A stretch of DNA of 64,000 nucleotides, taken from the NCBI GenBank assembly GCA_963770895.1, contig CAVYRF010000002.1, forward strand, positions 2,432,001 to 2,496,000. The letters run 5' to 3'. The notes below the pieces were generated by a model. That model was not told the DNA's origin, searched no databases, and saw only the letters and a program-made list of their open reading frames with translations. Shown here piece by piece: positions 28,928 through 38,646 of this stretch. The stretch is from an uncultured Acidobacteriota bacterium. Lineage in GTDB: Bacteria > Acidobacteriota > Thermoanaerobaculia > Multivoradales > UBA5704. Position 1 is the first letter of the stretch, and every line of letters starts with the position of its first letter. Made by a program: the position numbers and the translations under genes.

Positions 28928-29971
28928 TTGGCGGACGTCGGGGCGACCGTCTCCCACGTCCAGGAGTTGGGGCGCCGGTTCGCCGGCGAAGCCGCTCTGG
29001 CGGCGGACCGCCAGAGTTGGGAAGAGCTGCGCCTGCGCTGGGTCGGCCGCAAGCAGGGGATCGTGCGCGGCCTGCTCGACGGCATCAAGTCGGCGCCGCC
29101 TGCCGATCGCCGGGCGCTCGGCGAGGCGGTGAACCTGCTCAGGCAGGAAGTCGAGCAGCGCCTGGGCGCGCTCGACGCGGCGCTGGCCGAAGCGGAACGC
29201 CGTGCCGCGGCGGCGGGCGCCGCCGTCGACGTGACGCTGCCGGGGCGGCGGCCGGCGACGGGGAGCCTGCACCCGGTCACCGTGGTGATCCGCGAAATGG
29301 AGGAGATCTTCGCCGAGCTGGGCTTCAGCGTCGCCGAAGGCCCTGAAGTCGAAGACGACTACCACAACTTCGCGGCGCTCAACTTCCCGCCCGACCACCC
29401 GGCGCGCGACACCCAGGACACCTTCTTCCTGGAAAACGGCCTGCTGCTGCGCACCCACACCTCGCCGGTCCAGATCCGCACCATGCTGGCGCGGCGGCCG
29501 CCCATCCGCGTCATCTGTCCCGGCCGCGTCTACCGGCAGGACAACGACCTGCGCCATTCGCCGATGTTCCACCAGATCGAAGGCCTGGTGGTGGCGGAGG
29601 GCATCACGGTGGCGCACCTCAAGGGGACGCTGCAGGCCTTTCTGCGCCGGCTGTTTTCGCCCTCGACGCGGGTGCGCCTGCGGCCCAGCTACTTCCCCTT
29701 CACCGAGCCGTCGGCCGAGGTGGACGTCACCTGTCCCTTCTGCGCCGGCAGCGGCTGTGAGACCTGCTCGCGCAGCGGCTGGATGGAGATCCTCGGCTGC
29801 GGCATGGTCGACCCGCGCGTCCTTGCCGCCTGCGGCATCGATCCTCAGGTCTACAGCGGCTTCGCCTTCGGCATGGGGCCCGACCGCGTGGCGATGATCC
29901 GCTACGACCTGCCCAACATCCGCGTGCTGTTCGAAGGCGACGAGCGCCTGCTGCGCCAGGTGCCGGGCTGA
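28928..29971 (+). CDS. pheS: Phenylalanine--tRNA ligase alpha subunit
   Basis: DVTLPG, HPARD.QDTF, LRTHTSPVQIR, FHQIEG, YFPFTEPS and GFAFGMG. TTG start approximate. Confidence 0.96.
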   Translation: MADVGATVSHVQELGRRFAGEAALAADRQSWEELRLRWVGRKQGIVRGLLDGIKSAPPADRRALGEAVNLLRQEVEQRLGALDAALAEAERRAAAAGAAVDVTLPGRRPATGSLHPVTVVIREMEEIFAELGFSVAEGPEVEDDYHNFAALNFPPDHPARDTQDTFFLENGLLLRTHTSPVQIRTMLARRPPIRVICPGRVYRQDNDLRHSPMFHQIEGLVVAEGITVAHLKGTLQAFLRRLFSPSTRVRLRPSYFPFTEPSAEVDVTCPFCAGSGCETCSRSGWMEILGCGMVDPRVLAACGIDPQVYSGFAFGMGPDRVAMIRYDLPNIRVLFEGDERLLRQVPG

Positions 29972-32169
29972 TGCTCTTCTCGCTGCGCTGGCTGCGCCGC
30001 TACGTCGACCTGCCGCCCGACACCGCCGCCGTCGCGGAGCGCCTGACCTTCGCCGGCTTCACGGTGGAAGGGGTGACGCGCCTGCCGCCGCCGATCGATG
30101 ACGAAGTGCTGGACGTCGACGTCACCACCAACCGCCCCGATTGCATGTGCCACCTGGGCCTGGCGCGCGAGCTGGCGGTGCTGCTGGACAGGCCGCTGGC
30201 GGTGCCGGGGGGAGTGCCCGCCGCGACGAGCGGCGGCGCCGGCTCCCACGGCTCTGACGCCGCCGGCGGCGCCGGCGAGCGGCGCCCGGACCCGCTGGAG
30301 GCGCGCATCGCCGTCCAGGTCGCCGACCCTCTGGGCTGCCCGCGCTACGTGGCGCGGGTCGTCGACGGCCTGCAGGTGGCGCCCAGCCCTGAATGGCTGG
30401 TGGCGCAGCTCGCCGCCATCGGCCAGCGCAGCGTCAACAACGTCGTGGACGTCACCAACTTCGTCCTGTGGGAAATGGGCCAGCCGATCCACGCCTTCGA
30501 CCTCGACCGGCTGGCGGGGGGCCGCCTGACCGTGCGCCGCGCGGTTGCCGGCGAAACGCTCACCACCCTGGACGGCACGGCACGCGACCTGGCCCCCGAC
30601 ATCCTGGTGATCGCCGACGTCGAGCGCCCCGTCGCCCTGGCCGGCATCATGGGCGGCCGCAACAGCGAAGTCAGCCCGGCGACGCGCTCGGTGCTCATCG
30701 AAAGCGCCCACTTCGATCGCACCGTGGTACGCAAAGGCGCCAAGCGCCTGGGCATGCACACCGACGCCAGCCACCGCTTCGAGCGCGGCGCCGACCTGGA
30801 AGCCTGCCGCGCCGCCGCCGATCGCGTCGCGGCCCTGCTGGTCGAAGTCGCCGGCGGCCGCGCCGTCCCCGGAGCGCTCGACTGCCGCGTGCCGCCGCCC
30901 GCGCCGCGCCGCGGCCGCCTCGATCTGGCGCGCCTGGACGCCTTCACCGGCGTGCGCTTCGCCGCCGCCGACGTCGTGCGCTGGCTGACCGGCCTGGGCT
31001 TCGGCCTGGCGCCGGCGCCGGCGAGCGGCCCCCCGGCATGGGAGGTCACCGTGCCTTCGTGGCGGTGGTTCGATTTCGAGCCGCGGCCCGACGGCAGGCT
31101 CTACGAAGCGGACCTGTTCGAAGAGCCGATCCGCATCCTGGGCTTCGACGCCATCCCGGCACAGCTGCCGGCGCTGCCCGGCTCCGACGGCCCGCGCACC
31201 GAGCGCCAGCGCGCGCGCGACCGGGTGCGCCGCTGCCTGGCCGGAGCCGGTTTTGCCGAGGCGATCAACTTCGGCTTCGAAGACCCGGCGGTCGCCGCCA
31301 CTCTGCCCACCCTGCGGCCCGGCGTCGCCCCGCTGCTGCTCGCCAACCCGCTGTCGGAGCGCTACGCCGCGATGCGGGTGTCGCTGCTGGGCAACCTGGT
31401 CGACAACGCCCGCTTCAACCAGCGCCGCGGCGCCGCCGCCGTGCGCCTGTTCGAAGTCGCGTCGGTCTTTTTTGCCCGCCCGCAGCCCGCCGGCCAGGCG
31501 CCGCAGCAGCCGGACGAGCAGGAGCACGTCGCCCTGGTCTGCGGCGGCAAGGTCGGCCTGCCCTGGGACCGCGAAGTGGCGCTGGATCTCTTCGACCTGA
31601 AGGGTGTCGTCGAAGCCCTGGCGGCCGCCCTGGGTGTGCACCTGACCGCCCGCCGCGCCACCCTCCCCGGCATGCTCGCCGGCAGCACCGCGGAGCTGCT
31701 CGACACGGCCGGCGCCGTCGTCGGCATCCTGGGCCGCCTGGAAGCCACCGACGGCTACCCCCTCTTCGCCTGCGAAATCGCCCTGGCGGCCCTGCAGGGC
31801 GCCCCGCGCGCCGCCGTCCAGCTGCCGCCGCGCGTCCCCGGCATCGGCGCCGACCTGACCCTCACCCATGCGCGCGAGGTCTCCTGGACCGACCTGGCCG
31901 CGGTCATCGAATCCCTGCGCCCGGCCGACCTGGTCGACGTCACCCTCAAAGCCCGCTACGAAGGCGAAGGCGTCCCCCCAGGCGCCGTCAACACCACCAT
32001 CGCCTTCTACTACAACGCCGCCGACCGCTCCCTCACCCAGGCCGAAGTCAACGACCGCCAGCAAACCCTGGCCGCCGCCCTGGCGGCCCGCTTTGCCTGG
32101 CATGCCGACGGTAGCGCCCCCCCCAAAGGCCCCGCAGTTGGCGACGTGTACGGAGAACCTTGGCTGTGA
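29971..32169 (+). CDS. pheT: Phenylalanine--tRNA ligase beta subunit (short form lacking the B2 domain)
   Basis: S..WLR.YV, T.NRPDC..H.GLARE, NNVVDVTN, GQPIHAFD, RFERG and NPLS. Follows pheS. Confidence 0.93.
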   Translation: MLFSLRWLRRYVDLPPDTAAVAERLTFAGFTVEGVTRLPPPIDDEVLDVDVTTNRPDCMCHLGLARELAVLLDRPLAVPGGVPAATSGGAGSHGSDAAGGAGERRPDPLEARIAVQVADPLGCPRYVARVVDGLQVAPSPEWLVAQLAAIGQRSVNNVVDVTNFVLWEMGQPIHAFDLDRLAGGRLTVRRAVAGETLTTLDGTARDLAPDILVIADVERPVALAGIMGGRNSEVSPATRSVLIESAHFDRTVVRKGAKRLGMHTDASHRFERGADLEACRAAADRVAALLVEVAGGRAVPGALDCRVPPPAPRRGRLDLARLDAFTGVRFAAADVVRWLTGLGFGLAPAPASGPPAWEVTVPSWRWFDFEPRPDGRLYEADLFEEPIRILGFDAIPAQLPALPGSDGPRTERQRARDRVRRCLAGAGFAEAINFGFEDPAVAATLPTLRPGVAPLLLANPLSERYAAMRVSLLGNLVDNARFNQRRGAAAVRLFEVASVFFARPQPAGQAPQQPDEQEHVALVCGGKVGLPWDREVALDLFDLKGVVEALAAALGVHLTARRATLPGMLAGSTAELLDTAGAVVGILGRLEATDGYPLFACEIALAALQGAPRAAVQLPPRVPGIGADLTLTHAREVSWTDLAAVIESLRPADLVDVTLKARYEGEGVPPGAVNTTIAFYYNAADRSLTQAEVNDRQQTLAAALAARFAWHADGSAPPKGPAVGDVYGEPWL

Positions 32170-32292
32170 AAGCCGCCGCCCTGGCCGACCGCTTCGCTCG
32201 GCACGCTTGAACATCGCCTGAGGCCGGTACGGATTCGACGGGGCAAAACGCCGCGGCCGTGACGCCAGCTGAGGCTGCGGTCTAGGCGGCGC

Positions 32293-33360
32293 TTACAGGT
32301 CGGCGCCGATCGCCTCGCCGACGTGGGCGAACCCGTCGCGGCGCAGCAGAGCCAGCAGCTCGCGGTTGATGCGGCGGGCCAGCGACGGGCCTTCGTAGAT
32401 CATCCCCGTATATACCTGGACCAGCGACGCGCCGGCACGCAGGCGGCGGTACGCCTCCGCCCCCGAATCGATGCCGCCGACGCTCATCAGGATGGCCTTT
32501 CCCTGCAAGCGGCGCGCGACGGCTGCCGTCACCTCCCGGCTCTTGTCGCGCAGCACCCGGCCGGAGATGCCGCCGCGGTCGCGCGCCCCCGGCAGCACCG
32601 CATAGTCGATCGTGGTGTTGGTGGCGATGATGCCGGCGGCCCCCGCCGCCACCGCCGCCGCCGCCAGGTCGGCAGCCCCCTCCGGGCCAAGGTCGGGAGC
32701 CAGCTTGACCAGCACCGGCGTCCGCGTCAGCGTCCGCGCCGCCTCCAGCACCTGGCGCACGAAGCCCTCGTTTTGCAGGTCGCGCAGCCCCGGCGTATTG
32801 GGCGACGAGATGTTCACCACCAGGTAGTCGGCCAGATCGCCCAGCCGCCCGATCAGCCGCCGGTAGTCGTCGATCGCATCCGCCGGCGCCGTGTCCCGCC
32901 CCTTGCCGACGTTGATCCCCAGCGGCGCGCCACCGCCACCACGGCCTTGCCGCCACGCGGCGATGCGGCGCCCCACCGCCTCCATCCCCTGATTGTTGAA
33001 CCCCAGCGCGTTCTGCAAGCTGCGCTGGGCCGGATAGCGGAACAGCCGCGGTCGCGGATTGCCTGCCTGCGCCAAAGCCGTCACCGTGCCCACCTCGACA
33101 AACCCAAACCCCAGCGCCGCCCACCCCTGGATCGCCACGCCGTTCTTGTCGAACCCTGCCGCCAGGCCCACCGGACTGGCAAACCTGCAACCCAACAAGG
33201 TCTGCGCCAAAGCCGCGTCGCGCACCTGGTACCAACGCGACAACATCCCCGCCGCCCCCGGCACCGCCTGGCCCGCCCGCAGCGCCGCCAAGGCAAAATG
33301 ATGCGCCCGCTCGGGATCGCACCGGAATAGCAAGGGACGTAGAAGGGGATACAAGGCCAA
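32293..33360 (-). CDS. pyrD: Quinone-dependent dihydroorotate dehydrogenase (class 2)
   Basis: DPERAH, GLAAGFDKN, GNPRPRLFR, NISSPNTPGLR, VKLAPDL and ATNTT. Confidence 0.95.
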   Translation of the reverse strand: MALYPLLRPLLFRCDPERAHHFALAALRAGQAVPGAAGMLSRWYQVRDAALAQTLLGCRFASPVGLAAGFDKNGVAIQGWAALGFGFVEVGTVTALAQAGNPRPRLFRYPAQRSLQNALGFNNQGMEAVGRRIAAWRQGRGGGGAPLGINVGKGRDTAPADAIDDYRRLIGRLGDLADYLVVNISSPNTPGLRDLQNEGFVRQVLEAARTLTRTPVLVKLAPDLGPEGAADLAAAAVAAGAAGIIATNTTIDYAVLPGARDRGGISGRVLRDKSREVTAAVARRLQGKAILMSVGGIDSGAEAYRRLRAGASLVQVYTGMIYEGPSLARRINRELLALLRRDGFAHVGEAIGADL

Positions 33361-33423
33361 TGTCGGTCCGCCAGGTGCGGCCCCGCGATTCTACAACCAG
33401 GCTGAGCCCCGGCCGCGGGCAAG

Positions 33424-33696
33424 CTACCGGGACAGCAGTTCCTCGCGCAGCACCTGACGCAGCGACTCGACCGTGACCGGCGCCGCATCAGGCGCGATCG
33501 CCGCCCGCAACGCCGAGTTGATGAGCGTCTGATAGCCCTTCCCTTCCCGTTCCGCACGAGCGCGGAAGGCTACCAGCAAGTCTTTGTCGATCAAGATCGT
33601 GATCCGGGTCTTGCCGCTGACCTCCGCCTGCAGCTTGGCCAGGTGAGGCACGTCCTTGGCACGCTTGGCGCCCTGAAAATCATAATCCTTGCGCAT
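33424..33696 (-). CDS. BrnA-family antitoxin
   Basis: MRKDYDF, KTRITI.ID.D....FRA and GYQTLIN.ALR. Confidence 0.88.
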   Translation of the reverse strand: MRKDYDFQGAKRAKDVPHLAKLQAEVSGKTRITILIDKDLLVAFRARAEREGKGYQTLINSALRAAIAPDAAPVTVESLRQVLREELLSR

Positions 33697-33954
33697 ACTG
33701 GTGCTCCTCTCTTGCCGTGGCTTTACGGGCCGAAATCAGCCGGATCGTCTCTTCCTCACGGAGGTGTAGCAAACAGTCGGCAGCCTCGCTCTTTCGGTCA
33801 TGCCCACCAGCACGTACCGCGGTTCCCCCTGGGAGCCTCCATCCTCGCGCACCAGCACCATTGGATCGAGAAGGCACGCTTCTGCCTCGCCGAGCGAGAC
33901 TCCGTGCTTCTTCAGGTTCGAAGCGGCCTTCTTGGGATCGAACTCGACCCGCAT
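33680..33954 (-). pseudogene. BrnT-family toxin, frameshifted
   Basis: The N-terminal part (FDPKKAASNLKKHGVS...GEPRY..VG) is in one frame and the conserved C-terminus (ETIRLISARKAT.RE...Y) is in another. The shift is near 33762. Confidence 0.85.
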
Positions 33955-34198
33955 GATCTATGATACATATTTTATCTGTATGCATCCGGCCGCCGCGCTG
34001 CGCGGAGTTGACCCCCGTCTGGCCAGGTCGTGGTCGTAGCCACTCGCCTCCGTCTGCGACCCGCAGCCTGCCCTGTGGCGCCCCTGGCCGCCCTCGGCTG
34101 GCGAGGCTTTGGCCGGGCGCGCTTGTGCTATAGTCCGCGTTTGGCCAAACCCCTGGCAGGACGGAACTTGCTGCCGGGTTGGTCGGAGGAACGCGGAC

Positions 34199-34495
34199 GT
34201 GAAAGCCCTGCCTTCAACCAGCATTGCGGTTGAGATTTACGGCGCGGTGTATCACGTCCGCGCAGGCGAAGACGGCGGGTACCTCCAGGGGCTTGCAGAT
34301 CTCGTAGACCGCAAGATGCGCGAGATCGCCGGCCATGTGCAGGCGGCCGACACGGCCCGCATTGCCATCCTGGCGGCGCTCAATCTGGCGGATGAACTGT
34401 CCCGAATGGAGAAGCGGCAGGCACGGGAAGAGCTGGAGATCAGGGAGAAGCTGGCGGCGCTGACCGAGGAATTGACCGCCGCCTTGCGCGGTTAG
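34199..34495 (+). CDS. zapA: Cell division protein ZapA
   Basis: GGAGG RBS; VEIYG..Y, LA..VDRKMREI and IAILAALNLADE; lies upstream of 6S RNA and rny. Confidence 0.9.
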   Translation: MKALPSTSIAVEIYGAVYHVRAGEDGGYLQGLADLVDRKMREIAGHVQAADTARIAILAALNLADELSRMEKRQAREELEIREKLAALTEELTAALRG

Positions 34496-34544
34496 GATTG
34501 CGACGGCAGCAGTCGCCAACGCGAGACCAATGGAAACCAGAGTT

Positions 34545-34740
34545 ACATCCCCTGCGCGGTTCGTGGTGGGTACCACGATTGTAGAACCAACATTCAAGCT
34601 GCGGGAGTCTTTTACCCGCGTGGCCCGTGCCAGCCTCGCTCCGATGAGGATGACGAGGACGCTGACGGCTCGTGGAGCGGACACCCACCTGGTGCGTTTC
34701 AGGTTCTAACGCAGGCCCCCACGGGCCGCGCTGGGGATGT
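34545..34740 (+). ncRNA. ssrS: 6S RNA
   Basis: Lies in the zapA-rny intergenic region. The terminal stem ACATCCCC-T-GCGCGGTTCGTGG pairs with CCACGGGCCGCGC-T-GGGGATGT; about 196 nt with an A-rich internal bubble. Confidence 0.85.
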
Positions 34741-34831
34741 TGTTTTTGACCCTCTCGCAGCGGCAGGCGATTCTCTCCGATTCCGCCCTGTCCCGCCCTG
34801 CCCACCCGTTCGTTAAGGTGGGGGTATCTTG

Positions 34832-36394
34832 GTGAGCAATCAGATCCTGCTGATCGCGGCCTTTGTGGTGGCCGCGTTGGCACTTCTTGCGTGGTGGATG
34901 GCGCTGCGGCGTGCCGCCCGGCGCGTCACCGCGCAGGCCATGCGCCAGGCCGTCAAGACGGTCGAAGACGCCGAGCGCCAGGGCGAAACCATCCGCCGCG
35001 AAGCGGAGGTGGCGGCGCGGGAAAAGCTGCTGCTGGCCCGCACCGAGCATGAGCAGGCGTCGCGCAAGCGCCGCGCCGAACTCGAAGCGCTCGAACGGCG
35101 CCTCACCCAGAAAGAAGACAACGTCGACAAGCGCTCCGACGAGGCCAGCCGCCGCGAGCGCGACCTCAACCAGACCGAGCGCGCCCTGGCGCAGCGCGAC
35201 AAGGCGCTGGAGCGCAAGGAAGGCGAGCTGGCGGCGATGTTCGAGGCCGAGCGGTCGCGGCTCGAACAGATCGCCGGCCTGACCGCCCAGCAGGCGCGCG
35301 AGGAGCTGATCCGGGCGCTCGAAGACGACGCGCGCATCGAAGCCGCGCACATCGTCAAGCGCATCGAAGACGAAGCGCGCGAACAGGCCAACAAGCAGGC
35401 GCAGCGCATCATCGGCATGGCGGTGCAGCGCTCGGCTTCGGACTACGTTTCGGAAACCACCGTGTCGGTGGTGATGCTGCCCAACGACGAGATGAAGGGT
35501 CGCATCATCGGCCGCGAAGGGCGCAACATCCGCGCCCTGGAGATGGCGACGGGCGTCGACCTGATCGTCGACGACACCCCCGAAGCGGTCATCCTGTCGG
35601 GCTTCGACCCCTTCCGGCGCGAGGTGGCGCGGGTGGCGCTCGAACGGCTCATCGGCGACGGCCGCATCCATCCGGCGCGCATCGAAGAGGTGGTCGAAAA
35701 GGTCAAGGCGGAGTTCGACCAGAAGATCCTGCACGAAGGCGAATCGGCGCTGCTGGAGCTGGCCATCCCCGGCATGCACCCTGAACTGGTCAAGCTCCTG
35801 GGGCGCCTGCGCTACCGCACCTCCTACGGCCAGAACGTGCTGCAGCACAGCAAGGAAGTGGCCTTCCTGGCCGGCACCATGGCCGCCGAGCTGAAGGCCA
35901 ACGTGCCGGTGGCCCGGCGCGCCGGATTGGTGCACGACATCGGCAAGGCGATCGACCGCGAGATGGACGGCACCCACCTGCAGATCGGCATCGACCTGCT
36001 GCGCAAGTTCGGCGAGAGCGAAGACGTGGTGCACGCCATGGCCTGCCACCACGGCGACTACGATCCGCAGACCGTCGAAGCGGTGCTGGTGACCGCCGCC
36101 GACGCGCTCTCGGCGGCGCGCCCCGGCGCCCGCCGCGAGATCCTGGAAACCTACGTCAAGCGGCTCGAAAAGCTCGAAGAGATCGCCTCCGCCTTCAAGG
36201 GGGTGCAAAAGACGTTTGCCATCCAGGCCGGCCGTGAGGTGCGGATCATCGTCGACAGCGGCAAGATCAGCGATGAAGCGTCGCTGTGGCTGTCCAAGGA
36301 CATCGCGCGCAAGATCGAAGCGGAGCTGACCTATCCGGGACAGATCAAGGTCACGGTGATTCGCGAGACCCGCGCCATCGAGTACGCCAAGTGA
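34832..36394 (+). CDS. rny: Ribonuclease Y
   Basis: N-terminal TM segment and coiled coil, KH motif [15 protein letters not shown] motif HDIGK and SAARPGAR. Confidence 0.96.
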   Translation: MSNQILLIAAFVVAALALLAWWMALRRAARRVTAQAMRQAVKTVEDAERQGETIRREAEVAAREKLLLARTEHEQASRKRRAELEALERRLTQKEDNVDKRSDEASRRERDLNQTERALAQRDKALERKEGELAAMFEAERSRLEQIAGLTAQQAREELIRALEDDARIEAAHIVKRIEDEAREQANKQAQRIIGMAVQRSASDYVSETTVSVVMLPNDEMKGRIIGREGRNIRALEMATGVDLIVDDTPEAVILSGFDPFRREVARVALERLIGDGRIHPARIEEVVEKVKAEFDQKILHEGESALLELAIPGMHPELVKLLGRLRYRTSYGQNVLQHSKEVAFLAGTMAAELKANVPVARRAGLVHDIGKAIDREMDGTHLQIGIDLLRKFGESEDVVHAMACHHGDYDPQTVEAVLVTAADALSAARPGARREILETYVKRLEKLEEIASAFKGVQKTFAIQAGREVRIIVDSGKISDEASLWLSKDIARKIEAELTYPGQIKVTVIRETRAIEYAK

Positions 36395-37191
36395 AGCTGC
36401 TCTTTGTCGGCGACGTGATCGGCCGCCCCGGCCGCACGGCGGTCAAAAACCTGCTGCTGCGCCTGGTCGACCGCCATCGCACCGACTATGTGGTGGTCAA
36501 CGTCGAAAACTCGGCGGGCGGCTTCGGCGTCACCCCGGACATCATGGGCGAGCTGGCGGAGCTGCCGATCGACTGCTACACGTCCGGCAATCACATCTGG
36601 GACAAGAAGGAAGGCGTCGAAATCCTCAGCCGCGAGCCGCGCCTGCTGCGCCCCGCCAACTACCCCGAGGGCAACCCCGGCGTCGGGCTCCACGTCGGCG
36701 AAACGGCCGCCGGCATCCCGGTGGCGACGATCAACCTGGAGGGGCGGGTGTTCATGAGCGACCTGGATTCGCCGTTCCGGGTCGCCGACCGGCTGCTTGC
36801 CGATTTGAAACAGCGCCGGCCGGACGTCAAGGTGATCTTTGTCGATTTTCACGCCGAGGCGACCAGCGAAAAGCAGGCGATGGCGTTCTACCTCGACGGC
36901 AGGGTCAGCGCCGTCGTCGGCACCCACACCCATGTGCCCACCGCCGACGAGCGGGTGCTGCCGGCCGGCACCGCCCTGCTCACCGACGTCGGTATGACCG
37001 GTCCTTATGAATCGATCATCGGCATGCGCGTCGACAAGGTACTGAAGCGCTTCCTGCTACAGACCCCGGCGCCCTTCGAAGTGGCCAAGCGCGACGTGCG
37101 GCTGGCCGCCGTGTTGATCGAGATCGACGAGGCGACCGGCAAGGCGCTGGCGATCGAACGCCTGCTGATCCCCGACCCCGCCGCGAGTTGA
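36391..37191 (+). CDS. ymdB: YmdB-like (TIGR00282) metallophosphoesterase
   Basis: [29 protein letters not shown] and [14 protein letters not shown] overlap with rny. Confidence 0.92.
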   Translation: MKLLFVGDVIGRPGRTAVKNLLLRLVDRHRTDYVVVNVENSAGGFGVTPDIMGELAELPIDCYTSGNHIWDKKEGVEILSREPRLLRPANYPEGNPGVGLHVGETAAGIPVATINLEGRVFMSDLDSPFRVADRLLADLKQRRPDVKVIFVDFHAEATSEKQAMAFYLDGRVSAVVGTHTHVPTADERVLPAGTALLTDVGMTGPYESIIGMRVDKVLKRFLLQTPAPFEVAKRDVRLAAVLIEIDEATGKALAIERLLIPDPAAS

Positions 37192-37219
37192 AGCCGGGCG
37201 CGCCTGTCGCCTCCCGGCC

Positions 37220-37495
37220 TCACGCCGCGGCGGCGGGCTTGCCGCCGTGCGCAAACCACAGGTTGCGGGCGTAGATCAGCAGACCGCCCGCCTGGCCGAG
37301 CAGGAACACCGGGTCGTGCCGGTGCACCGCGTAGACGGTCAGCACGATGCCGCCGCCCAGGCTCAGGTACCAGAAGGCGCGCGGGACGACGCTCTGCTTC
37401 ACCTTCTCGGACGCGATCCACTGGACGACGAAGCGACCGGCAAAGAGGAGCTGGCCGGCGAATCCGAGGACGAGCCAAATTCGGTCCGGTGCCAA
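37220..37495 (-). CDS. Lipid A biosynthesis N-terminal (LAB_N) domain membrane protein
   Basis: GFAGQLLFAGRFVVQWIASEK..SVVP..FWYLS..G...Y.....DPVF..GQ.....Y.RN. TTG start inferred. Confidence 0.85.
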   Translation of the reverse strand: MAPDRIWLVLGFAGQLLFAGRFVVQWIASEKVKQSVVPRAFWYLSLGGGIVLTVYAVHRHDPVFLLGQAGGLLIYARNLWFAHGGKPAAAA

Positions 37496-38259
37496 ACTTC
37501 GACCTCCTCCGCCTGGCGGCGGTCGATCCAGCGGCTTTGCATCCAGCGCACCCCGAACAGGTCGGCCGTGGCGCGAAAGATGCGGTTGCGGATGTTGTAT
37601 TTGGGCGTGCCGAACGCGCGCGGCCGGTGGCGTACGTCGACCTCGGCGATGCGGGCGCCCTCCATGCGCAGCAGGGTGGGCAGGAAGCGGTGCATGCCGT
37701 TCCAGGCGGGGATCCGCCGCAGGTAGTCGGCGCGAAACGCCTTGAGCGTGCAGCCCACGTCGGTGACCGATTCCGCGGTCAGCCGATTGCGCACGGCGTT
37801 GGCGATGCCCGAGGAGATCCGCCGCACCCAGCTGTCGCGGCGGTGCGCCCGCACCCCGCACACCACGTCGCAGTCCTCCAGGCGGGTGAGCAGCAGCGGG
37901 ATGTCGGCCGGGTCGTTCTGCAGGTCGGCGTCCAGGGTGACCACGATGCCGCCGCGGGCGTGCCGGAAGCCGGCGTCCATGGCCGCCGACTGGCCGGCGT
38001 TGCGGGGCTGGCGGACGACGCGCAGGTGGCGGTCCTGGCTGGCCAGGCCGGTCAGCACCGCCAGGCTGGTGTCGGTCGAGCCGTCGTCGACGAACAGCAC
38101 TTCGTAGGGGCGCCCGAGCGGTTCCATGGCGGCGCGGATCTCACCCGCCAGGACAGGCAGGTTGCGTTCCTCGTTGTACACCGGGATCACCAGTGAGATG
38201 TCGGGGCGCAGGGCTGCTGCGGCGTCGGTGGCGCCTGGGGCGCGGTCCCGGTCGGGCAT
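37399..38259 (-). CDS. Glycosyltransferase family 2 (polyprenol-phosphate GT, DPM1/ArnC-like)
   Basis: IPVYNEE, VDDGSTD, TLDADLQNDPAD, DVGC.LK.FR and HRFLP. Confidence 0.9.
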   Translation of the reverse strand: MPDRDRAPGATDAAAALRPDISLVIPVYNEERNLPVLAGEIRAAMEPLGRPYEVLFVDDGSTDTSLAVLTGLASQDRHLRVVRQPRNAGQSAAMDAGFRHARGGIVVTLDADLQNDPADIPLLLTRLEDCDVVCGVRAHRRDSWVRRISSGIANAVRNRLTAESVTDVGCTLKAFRADYLRRIPAWNGMHRFLPTLLRMEGARIAEVDVRHRPRAFGTPKYNIRNRIFRATADLFGVRWMQSRWIDRRQAEEVEVWHRTEFGSSSDSPASSSLPVASSSSGSRPRR

Positions 38260-38336
38260 GAAGGTATCTTAACCCGCGCGCCCGGCCGCTTTGCGGGCCC
38301 TGTGCTATGCTCCGCCCTCGATCAGGAGAGCCTTGC

Positions 38337-38588
38337 ATGGCCGTAGACCCCGAGCTGCTCGAGATTCTCGTCTGTCCCAAGTCGAAAGGGGACCTGGAGC
38401 TGATCGAGCTGCCGCTGGACGTCCGCGGTTCGCTGGCGGAAAAATACCGCGAGCACTTCCCCGACGAGGCGCCGGTCGTCGAGCAGGGGCTGTTCTGTGC
38501 CGTCTCCGGGTTGGTCTACCCGATCGTCTCGGACATACCGATCATGCTGGTCGAAGAGGCCCTCCCCGCCTCCGCCGTCGGGAGATAG
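38337..38588 (+). CDS. Trm112/YcaR-like small protein
   Basis: AGGAG RBS; LLEILVCP.SKG.L ... YPI..DIPIML.EEA. Confidence 0.85.
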   Translation: MAVDPELLEILVCPKSKGDLELIELPLDVRGSLAEKYREHFPDEAPVVEQGLFCAVSGLVYPIVSDIPIMLVEEALPASAVGR

Positions 38589-38646
38589 ATGCTCCGGCGC
38601 CGCGGCGCAGTGGCGCCCTTTCCGTAACCTCGGTCTGGTAAAGCCG

